Origin: Squalus acanthias | Taxonomy: Eukaryota | Direction of reading: 5' to 3' | Length of the DNA stretch: 64,000 nt | Assembly: GCA_030390025.1 (NCBI GenBank) | Contig: CM059438.1 | Location: 69,256,001 to 69,320,000 of the forward strand | In this document: positions 49,469-59,468 of the stretch, piece by piece | Layout of the letters: each line of letters opens with the position of its first letter | Numbering within the stretch: the first letter of the stretch is position 1 | Notes under the pieces: model-generated | Databases searched by the model: none | Seen by the model: the letters and a program-made list of their open reading frames with translations, nothing else | What the model was told of the DNA's origin: nothing | Position numbers and translations under genes: made by a program

Positions 49469-50629
49469 CTAGAAGCGGCTTGTTATCAGCCGTTGACGGA
49501 CGGCCCTTGCAGTGGCAACATTGTGGGCCTCCCTCCGGCCTTGGTGCTGCTGCTGATCATCCTCATCCTCTTCCTCCTCCTCTTCCTCCTCCTCCTCCGG
49601 TGGTGCTCCAATCCCTGGTGGCATTGGCTGGGTCCTCAGGATTGCCAGGTTATGCAGCATGCAGCATACAACTATGAAGAGGGAGACTCGCTCAGGCGAG
49701 TACTGCAGGGCTCCTCCTGAGTGGTCCAGACAGTGGAACCGTTGCTTGAGCACACCGATTGTCTGCTCAATGATGTTCCTGGTGCCAAGATGGCTCTCTT
49801 TATACCGCAGCTCGGCAGGGGTGTTGGGGTTACGGAACGGTGTCATCAGCCAGGTGCACAATGGATAACCCTTGTCCCCGAGGAGCCAACCACTTGGCTG
49901 ATGCGGTGCCTGGAAAAGGTCTGGCACACTAGTCTGGCGCAGGATGAAAGCATCGTGGCTGCTGCCAGGATAGCGGGCATTGACAGCGAGTATCAGCTGT
50001 CTCTGGTCACAGACCAACTGGACATTTAAGGAGTGGTAGCCTTTGCGATTTCGGAAAACCTCTGCATTCTCATGCGGTGCCCGCAATGCCACATGTGTGC
50101 AGTCAATGGCGCCCTGCACCATGGGGAAGCCCGCTATCCTAGCAAAGTCACATGCGCGTTCATGCTGTTTGGCCCAGGTCATGGGGAAAGAGATGTACTG
50201 GCGTCTCCTTTTATAGAGGGCATTTGTCACCTCCCGGATACAGTAATGGACAGTGAACTGGGAGATATTGGTGATGTCCCCGGTAGCTGCTTGAAAGGAG
50301 CCGGTGGCATAAAAATTCAGAGCCATTGTCACCTTCACTGCCACCGACAGAGACATCCTGGTCCTCAGTTGAGGCTGCAGATCTGGTTGCAGCAGGTGGC
50401 AGAACTCAGTGACCACCTCCTTGCTGAAGCGCAGCCTTCGCAAACACTGCTCCTCACACAAATGAATGTAGGAGAATTGTTCCCGGAATACTCTGGGAGG
50501 GTAAGGTCTCCTGTGCAGAGGCCTGTTGGCCCTCCTCCCTCTGGCCATGTTTGCCACTCTCTCTCTGCGTCTCCGATGCCTCCGATTCTGCAGGTGCAGG
50601 ACGACACCCCGAATCAGTGCAGCCCCCAT
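49469..50629 (-). CDS. Harbinger DDE transposase (HARBI1-like), intact 386 aa
   Basis: GAIDCTH, YPGSSHDAFIL, LLGDKGY and RNIIEQTIGVLKQRF; acidic C-terminal tract. Confidence 0.95.
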   Translation of the reverse strand: MGAALIRGVVLHLQNRRHRRRRERVANMARGRRANRPLHRRPYPPRVFREQFSYIHLCEEQCLRRLRFSKEVVTEFCHLLQPDLQPQLRTRMSLSVAVKVTMALNFYATGSFQAATGDITNISQFTVHYCIREVTNALYKRRRQYISFPMTWAKQHERACDFARIAGFPMVQGAIDCTHVALRAPHENAEVFRNRKGYHSLNVQLVCDQRQLILAVNARYPGSSHDAFILRQTSVPDLFQAPHQPSGWLLGDKGYPLCTWLMTPFRNPNTPAELRYKESHLGTRNIIEQTIGVLKQRFHCLDHSGGALQYSPERVSLFIVVCCMLHNLAILRTQPMPPGIGAPPEEEEEEEEEEDEDDQQQHQGRREAHNVATARAVRQRLITSRF

Positions 50630-52129
50630 AATCTCTTCTAAATCGATGCAAGGTCAAATCAAAAAGAACCTGCAAAGTGCTGCTCAGTACCCAAAACTCC
50701 TTCACACAGCGTTGAATCTCTCTGGAAGTCTCTCTCTCTCTCTCTCTCAGAATACGTGGTGCAAAAATGTCTCCGACAAAAAAAAGGCAGGAAGAGGCTG
50801 CCTTTAAATAGCGCTCCCACAGCCCGTTCCTGACTGCAAAACGTTCCCCCCACCTGTTGTTGCTAGCGCCAGGCGGAAACGAAGGGGGCGCCACTCAATA
50901 TCCGGTCCGGGGCGCTACCGGGGCGTTGCACACTCGACTGACGTCACGATCTGCAGACGCAGGAGATCGTGGCGGAAGTGTTTAGCGCCGCCGCAAAAAC
51001 TCTGGTCAATTTCGCGAGCAGCGCAAACATCGCCGTGCCCGGGCGCTAGTTGCTTGGCGCCCGATTAGCGCCCTCTTAGGGCGCAAACGGGAGGCGCTAA
51101 TCAACCGAATTTTTGCCCCAGGATCTGGTCCTTTATTTCATTGCTGTTTGTTTGACTTTGCTGTGCACAAATTGGCTGCCGCGTTTCCTACATTACCTTA
51201 CACTTCAAAAGTACTTCATTGCCTTTAAAGCACTTTGGGATGTCCTAAGTTCGTGAAAGGTATTATTATATAAATACAAGTCTTTCTTTTTTCTTTATTA
51301 GTCATGTGGCCACTCTTCATGCGAGAGTGTTGACAGTGTCAGCAGCCTGTCAATTGTGGGCAACATCACAACCAAAGCCAATGCTAAAAGATGCAGAAGC
51401 ACTTTCCAGCAGGGACACTGGATAGTAACCAGGAGTGTGAACCCTGGCTGATTCTTCTCCTTCCTTCAGCTTAGTGGGGTTGAGGTCAATTGTAGCGACT
51501 CATTTTCTGTCCCAGCTCAATCTGGAACAACACAACTCTTCTGGTTCCAGGTTTATTAAAAGATAGGGTTGCAAACCAGAAAAGTCCAGCCACACCATGG
51601 AATTTCCGAGTTTCACCTTTTAATGAACCAGGAGCCAGCAGAGATGCAGTCTTGTTCCATAGTAAGGGAACTACCACTTGACGACAGGGCTTGAATCCCT
51701 CTAGCAAGTGCAAGCAACAGTTGGCTATGGAGAAAAATGTGCAAGTTGTTCGTCTTGGATTGATCCCTGGCTGGTGAGGGATCATACCATAATTCATCAA
51801 TCAGTGGATGTTTAAGCATGGCAGTCTTCTTTCTCCTAATCTCTATTCATAATGAACAGCCAAGAGGGCTGGGTATTATTCATGAATTGCTGAGTGTCTC
51901 CTGGCTTATGTGGGAATTGAACGTTGCTATTTTCCCTCCCCTCTCTATTTTTTTGATTTCAGTAATGCAGCACAACAGGATTTTCCATCTACCTTTGATG
52001 CCGGGGACTAAGTTATCTCTGTTTGGAGCTCATAACCTGCATTGTACTTGATTTATTAATGGGGAGAATGAATGCATTTACAGGGAGGATGATAGAAAAG
52101 AATACATCTTCTGTTGGAAGAGCATTTTT

Positions 52130-52758
52130 AAAATTTATTCATTCATGGGATGTGGGCGTTGCTGGCAAGGCCAGCATTTATTGCCCATTCCTAATTGTCC
52201 TTGAGAAGGTGGTGGTGAGCCGCCTTCTTGAACTGCTGCAGTCCCTGTGGTGAAGGTAATCCCACAGCACTGTTAGGGAGGGAGTTCCAGGATTTTGACC
52301 CAACGACGATGAAGGAACGGCGATATATTTCCAAGTCAGGATGGTGTGTGACTTGGAGGGGAACTTGCAAGTGATGGCATTCCCATGTGCCTGCTGCCCC
52401 TGTCCTTCTAGGTGGTAAAGGTCGGGGGTTTGGGAGGTGCTGCCGAAGAAGCCTTGGCGAGTTGCTGCAGTGCATCTTGTAGATGATACACACTGCAGCC
52501 ACGGTGCGCCGGTGGTGGAGGGGGTGAATGTTTAAGGTGGTGGATGGAGTGCCAATCAAGCGGGTTGCTTTGGCCTGGATGGTGTCCAGCTTCTTGAGTG
52601 TTGTTGGAGCTTCATTCTTCCAGGCAAGTAGAGAGTATTCCATCACACTCCTGACTTGTGCCTTGTAGATGGTGGAAAGGCTTTGGGGAGTCAGGACATG
52701 AGACACTCGCCGCAGAGTACTCAGCCTCTGACCCGCTCTTGTAGCCACAGTATTTATG
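52130..52758 (-). mobile_element. LINE 3' fragment (CR1-group, Zenon-like)
   Basis: IYKAQVRSVMEYSLLAW; same family as 16190-16940. Confidence 0.75.
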
Positions 52759-52889
52759 TCATAATGTATAAGTTAAATGTATGTAATATACTGTGTAGAC
52801 CATAAAATTGGAAAAAAAACATTTAAAAAACATTTAAAATAGCTCTGAGCATTAAGGATGATATGATGTGGTCTTGTGATTGGTTCCAG

Positions 52890-53025
52890 TACCATTCAGG
52901 ACCATTAGGAGAGGAAGCTGATGAAAACAAGCTATTTCTCATGCATAGCAGGACTGACTGGACCTTATTGACAAGCTTTACTTTGGAGATAGAGCCTGAG
53001 CACAATGTGAAAAATGGCGACATGG
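52890..53025 (+). CDS. Host-gene exon candidate (YHSGPLGEEADENKLFLMHSRTDWTLLTSFTLEIEPEHNVKNGDM)
   Basis: TTCCAG| acceptor and G|GTAAAA donor; phase 0 to phase 1. Confidence 0.6.
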
Positions 53026-53621
53026 GTAAAACCAAAAATATTTTAAATCAGTAACTGCGGTTGATTTATTGCGTATACCATATTTTTTTCATGTATAATA
53101 TATAACGTTGCTTTTCTCTCCTTGTCACTGTGTATAAAGTGCATCCCGAGACAGCCCACATATGAATTCCCAGCCTATTTCTCAACGCCATGTAGCTTGC
53201 AGTGTGTGCAGAACAATTGTGTCAGTTGGGTTCATTGTTTGCAAAAGTTAGAACTGAGGAGAGAAATAAAATGGGAAACGCTGGAATTAAGATAGAGTTA
53301 TATTATGTAAAATCGCAAGTGACACTTTGATCAGGAGCTTTGTTAAAATAATTGTCTCCACATTGTGGTTGAAGTAAATCATAAGAGCTTTGGAGGTTAA
53401 TATGAAAAATATCCTTTCAAAGTACTGTATAACTGTAGTGGATAACATATTTTGCACAAAATGTGTGTCTTGGGATCAGTAAAGCTGTTAATTACAGGTG
53501 TCCTGGAGGCTTTTAGAATTAATGACTGATCCACATTTTGCTGATTTATTAGTTAAGAACATCTCCATGATCTGTGCAGATCAGCAAATTGCTATTAAAG
53601 TTTTTTTTTTATATATACGAG

Positions 53622-53736
53622 GTGATACATCAGCAGTCGGCCTTGCCAATAAATTCGTGTTGGCGCTGAAAAAAGATGAGCATCTTCCCGTGACCTGCCA
53701 AATGTTTCCACTGATCTCAGCCCTCTTTGTCATCAG
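53622..53736 (+). CDS. Host-gene exon candidate (GDTSAVGLANKFVLALKKDEHLPVTCQMFPLISALFVIR)
   Basis: T-rich tract with GAG| acceptor and consensus CAG|GTGAGT donor; phase 1 to phase 2. Confidence 0.6.
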
Positions 53737-54087
53737 GTGAGTCAACTCAGCACAAAAAAGTGTTTGTAAACAATTGACAATATCATTGATTGCAGTGTAG
53801 GTGAAAGTCTGCCTAAGTCTTCACAGCGATGAGTTTATAACCTCGCTACAGGGAACAATAGGCAGTGGGAAGTGATTTACAATGTAGTAATCCAACTTCG
53901 ATTCCTCTCTCCACTAACTTTAGTGGAAAACATAGGGCGGGGTATAAAATGTGAGGTACTGTTAAAAGACAAACGTCAACAGACAAGAAGCCTGTGTACT
54001 GCTCCAAGGATTTCTACCTCTCCAAAGGAGGGGAAAAACATTCTTTTATTTGCTAAAGCCTTGGTAAAGGTTATCAATCGTGAAGTA

Positions 54088-54720
54088 ATAGGAACATAGG
54101 AACAGGAGTAGGCCATTCAGCCCCTCGAGCCTGTTCCGCCATTCAATGAGATCATGGCTGATCTGCGACCTAACTCCATAAACCTACCTTTGGCCCATAT
54201 CCCTTAATACCTTTCATTAACAAAAAGCTATCATTCTCAGATTTAAAATTAACAATTGATCTAGCATCAATTGCCGTTTACGGAAGAGAGTTCCAAACTT
54301 CTACCACAATTTGTGTGTAGAAGTGTTTCCTAATTTCACTCCTGACAGGTCTGGCTCTAATTTTTAGACTATGCCCACTCGTCCTAGAATCCCCAACCAG
54401 CGGAAATAGTTTCTCTCGATCTACCTTATCTGTTCCCCTTAATGTCTTGAAAACTTCGATCAGATCACCCCTTAACCTTCTAAATTCTAGGGAAAGAACC
54501 GTAATTTGTGTAATCTCTCCTCGTAACGTAACTCTTGGAGTCCGGGTATCATTCTGGCAAACCTACGCTGCACTCCCTCCAAGGCCAAGATAGCCTTCCT
54601 AAGGTGCGGTGCCCAGAACTGCTCACAGTGCTCCAGGTGTGGTCCAACCAGGGTTTTGTATGGCTGCAGCATAACTACTACCCCCTTGTATTCCAGTCCT
54701 CTAGATATAAAGGCCAGCAT
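54088..54720 (-). mobile_element. CR1 subfamily C 3' fragment
   Basis: Closely similar to 41250-41890. Confidence 0.9.
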
Positions 54721-54786
54721 AATAAATATTGAAATGTTAGCATTTTACTCCAGGTCAGACCTGAAGTTAATAATTTCAGATTTCAG

Positions 54787-54960
54787 AGTACTGCCACAGT
54801 CGGTGCTGACGAGAATAGCACGGAGAGATTTTCTGACCAAGAGTATGACTGTAACATCACATTGTGTGCTCCACTGTGATACGTGCACCAAACAGGAGGG
54901 TGGACTGGGAGCACCGACGGATAAGAGCCGCTTGATTCACAGCACGTACGAACACAGCAA
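54787..54960 (+). CDS. Host-gene exon candidate (VLPQSVLTRIARRDFLTKSMTVTSHCVLHCDTCTKQEGGLGAPTDKSRLIHSTYEHS)
   Basis: TTTCAG| acceptor and AA|GTAGGT donor; phase-2 start matches the previous exon. Confidence 0.6.
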
Positions 54961-55291
54961 GTAGGTGTATTACAGCAGAATCAGCGACCCGGGCACAGCA
55001 GGGAGCATTGGAGAAAGTGCAAAAAATATTTACAAAGATGATACCAGAACTGAGCGGATATACTTATCAGGAAAGACTGAACAGGCTGTGCTCTTTTCAC
55101 TGGAAAAGAAGAGGCAGAGGGGTTACCTGATAGATAGAGGTCTTTAAGATTATGAAGGGGTTTGATAGGGTAGACATAGAGAAGATGTTTCCACTTGTGG
55201 GGAAACCAAAACAAGGAAAGAAAAATATAAGATAGTCACTAATAAATCTTATAGGGAATTCAGGCGAAACTTCTTTACCCAAAGAGTCATA

Positions 55292-55912
55292 GGGGGCTAA
55301 ATTCGGTTGATTTGTGCCTCCCGTTAGCGCCCTAACGGGGCGCAAATCAACTAGCGCCTGGGCGCAGCGCCGCTAACGCCTCGCGTGAAATTCAGCGAGA
55401 GGTTAGCGACGTCATCGCCATGCGCAGCGCCCTGCTCGCGCCCCGGCTGTAATATTGGGTGGCGCCCCCCAATTTAGTGCCGGACGCTATGTCCGCCGGG
55501 GTCAGGGGGGCCTACCTGCGGCCGGGGAGGCGCTAGTTAAAGGGGAGGTGGCAGGCGGCCATTTTTGATATTGGCCGCCTGCCAGCACCTGCCCCCGTTG
55601 CTGTCCCCGGCCCCCGTGAATCCCTCCCGCAGGGTGTCGGCTGCACTCCCGATCCCTGGTGGCCCAGCTGGGCACCGGGATGCGCTGCGCCAGGCCCCGC
55701 CCCTTTAATAAGGGGAGGAAGACCTTCAGTACCGCGGCACATAGTGCCGCAATATTGGCTCGCAGTGCCCCAAGAGGAACGCGGGGCGCTTTCAGTAGCG
55801 CCACTCCTCCCTCTTGGGGCGCTACCTGGGAAAATCGGCCGCGGGCGTGCTAACTTTTTCGGGGCGCTAAAATTAGGGCCCCAGCGAAGTTAGCGCCGCC
55901 AATTTTTACCCC
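55292..55912. mobile_element. Harbinger-type MITE
   Basis: TIR GGGGGCTAAATT / AATTTTTACCCC; inserted in the AGAGTCAT tail of a CR1. Confidence 0.82.
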
Positions 55913-56081
55913 AGAGTCATAACGGCACAGAAGGAGGTCATTTGGCCCATCGAGTCCATGCCGGCTCTCTGTAGAGCAATCCAGTCAGTCCCATTCCCCC
56001 GCTCTATCCCCGTAGCCCTGCAAGTTTATTTCCCTCAAGTGCCTATCCAGTCTCCCCTTGAAAACATTTGTCTCCGTTTCC

Positions 56082-57905
56082 ATAGAAACATAGAAACATA
56101 GAAGATAGGAGCAGGAGTAGGCCATTCGGCCCCTCGAGCCTGCTCCGCCATTCGATGAGATCATGGCTGATCATCCAAACTCAGTACCCTGTACCTGCCT
56201 TCTCCCCATATCCCTTGATACCTTTATCTTTAAGAAATATATCTAACTCATTCTTGAATATAATTAATGACTTGGCCTCAACTACCTTCTGTGGTAGAGA
56301 ATTCCACAGGTTCACCACTCTCTGGGTGAAGAATTTCTTCCTCATTTCTGTCCTAAATGGCTTACCCCTTATCCTTAGATTATGACCCCTGGTTCTGGAC
56401 TCGCCGACCATCGGGAACATTCTTCCTGCATCTAGTTTGTCCAGACCTGTCAGAATTTTATATGTTTCGATGAGATCCCCTCTCATTCTTCTATACTCCA
56501 GCGAGTATAAGCCCAATCGACCCAATCTCTCCTCATATGTCATTCCTGCCATCCCAGGTATCAGCCTTGTGAATCTTCGCTGAACTCCTTCCATGGCAAG
56601 AACATCCTTCCTCAGATAAGGCGACCAAAACTGCACACAGTACTCAAGGTGTGGTCTCACCAAGACCCTGTACAACTGCAGCAGGACATCCCTGTTCCTA
56701 TACTCAAACCCTTTCGCTATGAAGGCCAACATACCATTTGCCTTCTTCACCGCCTGCTGCACCTGCATGCTTACCTTCAGCGACTGGTGCACAAGGACAC
56801 CCAGGTCTCGTTGCACTTCCCCTTCTCCCAATCTATTGCCATTCAGATAATAGTCTGCCTTTCTGTTTTTGACACCAAAGTGGATAATCTCGCATTTATC
56901 CACGTTATATTGCATCTGCCACGCTTCTGCCCACTCACCCAACCTGTCCAAATCATCCTGGAGTTTCTCGGGATCCTCCTCGCAGCACACACGCCCACCC
57001 AGCTTTGTGTCATCTGCAAACTTGGAGATATTACATTTAGTTCCCTTATCTAGATCATTAATGTATATTGTGAATACCTGGGGTCCAAGGACCGATCCCT
57101 GCGGTACCCCACTAGTCACTGCCTGCCACTCGCAAAACGACCTATTAATTCCTACTCTCTGCTTTCTGTCCGCCAACCAGTTCTCTATCCAAGTCAATAC
57201 CTTGCCCCCAATCCCATGTGCCTTAACTTTACATGCTAATCTCTTATGCGGGACCTTATCGAAAGCCTTATGCAAGTCCAAATACACCATGTCTACTGGT
57301 TCTCCCTTATCTATTTTCCCAGTTACATCCTCAAAAAATTCCAGTAGATTAGTCAAGCACGATTTACCTTTTGTAAATCCATGTTGACTTTGTCCAATCC
57401 TGTCACTGTTTTTCAAGTGCTCAGCTATTACATCCTTTATAATAGACTCCAGCATTTTCCCCACTACCGATGTCAGGCTTCCCCGCTTTCTCTCTACCAC
57501 CCTTTTTAAATAGTGGGGTAACATTAGCTACCCTCCAATCCATGGGTACAGTTCCAGATTCCATCGAATGTTGGAAGATGATCAGCAATGCATCTACTAT
57601 TTCTAGGGCCACTTCCTTAAGTACCCTAGGATGTAGATTATCAGGCCCTGGGGATTTATCAGCCTTCAATCCTGTCAATTTCCCTAACACCATTGCCCTG
57701 CAAATACTGATTTCTTTCAGTTCCTCCCTTTCATCAGACCCTCTGTTCTCCAACATCTCTGGGAGGTTATTTGTGTCCTCCTTTGTGAAGACAGAACCAA
57801 AATATGCATTTAATTGGTCTGCCATTTTTTTTGTTCCCCATTATAACTTCCCCCGCTTCTGACTGCAAGGGACCTACACTTGATTTCACTAATCTTTTTC
57901 TCTTC
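56082..57905 (-). mobile_element. CR1 subfamily E (RT, 447-aa ORF) nested in CR1-D
   Basis: Complete RT motif set; CATAGAAA-type tail at 56082. Confidence 0.92.
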
Positions 57906-58361
57906 ACAGCTCTTACAGTCACTTCCATCGGCAGCGAATTCCAGGTCTTCACCACTCGCTGCGCAAAAAAAGTTTTTCCTCATGTCCTCCCTGTATCTCT
58001 TACCCAAAACCTTAAATCTGTGTCCCCTAATCCTTGTACCATCAACTAGTGGGAACAGCCTTTCCCCGTCTAGCCGATCAAAGCCCGTCATAATCTTGTA
58101 CACCTCTATCAAATCACCCCTCAACCTCCTTTGCTCTAATGAAAACAAATCCAGCTTCTCCAAACTCTCCTTGTAGCTCAGATCCCCCATCCCCAGAACC
58201 GTTCTGGTAAATCTCCTCTGCACCCTCTCAAGGGCCTTCACATCCTTCCTAAAGTGTGGTGACCAGAACTGGATGCAATACTCCAGTTGTGGCCTAACCA
58301 GTGCTTTATAAAGGTTCAGCATAACATCTCTATTTTTGTACTCAATACTTCTATTTATGAA

Positions 58362-58567
58362 TGATGTGGCGCTGCCGGTGTTGGACTGGGGTGGACAAAT
58401 GTGAGAAGTCGCACAACCCCAGGTTATAGTCCAACAGCTTTATTTGAAATCACAAGCTTTCGGAGCGCTGCTCCTTCGTCAGGAGCAGCGAAGGAGCAGC
58501 GCTCTGAAAGCTTGTGAGTTCAAATAAAGCTGTTGGACTATAACCTGGTATTATGCGACTTCTCACA
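58362..58567. mobile_element. Palindromic mini-element made of two inverted PLE pLTR ends
   Basis: Arms 58399-58478 and 58489-58568 are inverted; homologous to 24516-24640; TSD TCTATTTATGAA. Confidence 0.88.
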
Positions 58568-59468
58568 TCTATTTATGAAGCCCAAGATCGCATATGCTTT
58601 GTTAACCATTCTCTCAATATGTCCTGCCACCTTCAGGGACCTATGCACATTAACTCCCAGGTCCCTCTGTCCCTGCACACTCTTTAAAACTGTGCCATTA
58701 AGTGTATATTGCCTCTCCCTGTTCCTTCTGCCAAAATGCATCACCTCACACTTCTCTGTATTAAATTCCACCTGCCACTTGTCTGCCCATTCTGCTAGTC
58801 TTTTATGTCCTGTTGCAGTCGATTGATATCATCATCACTGTTTGCCACACCCCCAAATTTGGTGTCATCGGCAAATTTAGAAATTCTACTCTGTATTCCA
58901 ATATCCAGGTCATTTATATATATCAAAAAAAGCAGTGGCCCCAGCACTGACCCTTGGGGAACACCACTGTCTACCATCCTCCTGTCTGAAAAACAGCCAT
59001 TTACCACAACTCACTGTTTTCTGTCCTTAAGCCAATTCCTTATCCAATCTGCCACTGACCCACCTATTCCATGAGCCTCAATTTTTTTAACCAGCCTTCT
59101 ATGTGGTACTTTGTCAAACGCCTTCCGAAAATCCATGTAGACAACATCCATTGCATTCCCTTCATCAATCCTCTCTGTTACTTCATCAAAAAATTCAATT
59201 AGATTAGTCAAACACGATCTGCCTTTTACAAATCCATGTTGGCAGCCTTAATTAGCTTAAACTTCTCCAAGAGCCTCTCCAAGAGTGGTAAGAATGTGAA
59301 ACTTGCTACCACAAGGAATAGTTGATAGATGCATTTAAAGGGAGAAAGGAATTGAAGGATGTGCTGATCGGGTGAGATGAAGTAAGTTGGGAGGAGGCTC
59401 ATGTGGAGCATAAAGACCGACATAGGCCAATTGGGCCAAATGGCCTGTTTCTGTGTTGTAGACTCTAT

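Larger units (their letters stand above)
47066..51119. mobile_element. Full-length PIF/Harbinger DNA transposon with two convergent genes
   Basis: Imperfect TIRs GGGGAGAGTATCGG / CCGAATTTTTGCCCC; transposase plus Myb/SANT gene; TSD degenerate. Confidence 0.93.
46810..51290 (+). mobile_element. DeuSINE split by the Harbinger (46810-47065 plus 51120-51290)
   Basis: SINE sequence ...AAAACAGAT resumes as ATCTGGTC... after the transposon. Confidence 0.85.
55913..59275 (-). mobile_element. CR1 subfamily D RT half, interrupted by CR1-E and a mini-PLE
   Basis: [20 protein letters not shown] and LYKALVRPQLEYC pieces in order. Confidence 0.88.

Noticed and set aside
49469..50629. Domesticated HARBI1 gene
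   Set aside because: It lies within TIRs with a Myb partner, interrupts a SINE and has related MITEs, so it is a transposon copy; no gene symbol assigned.
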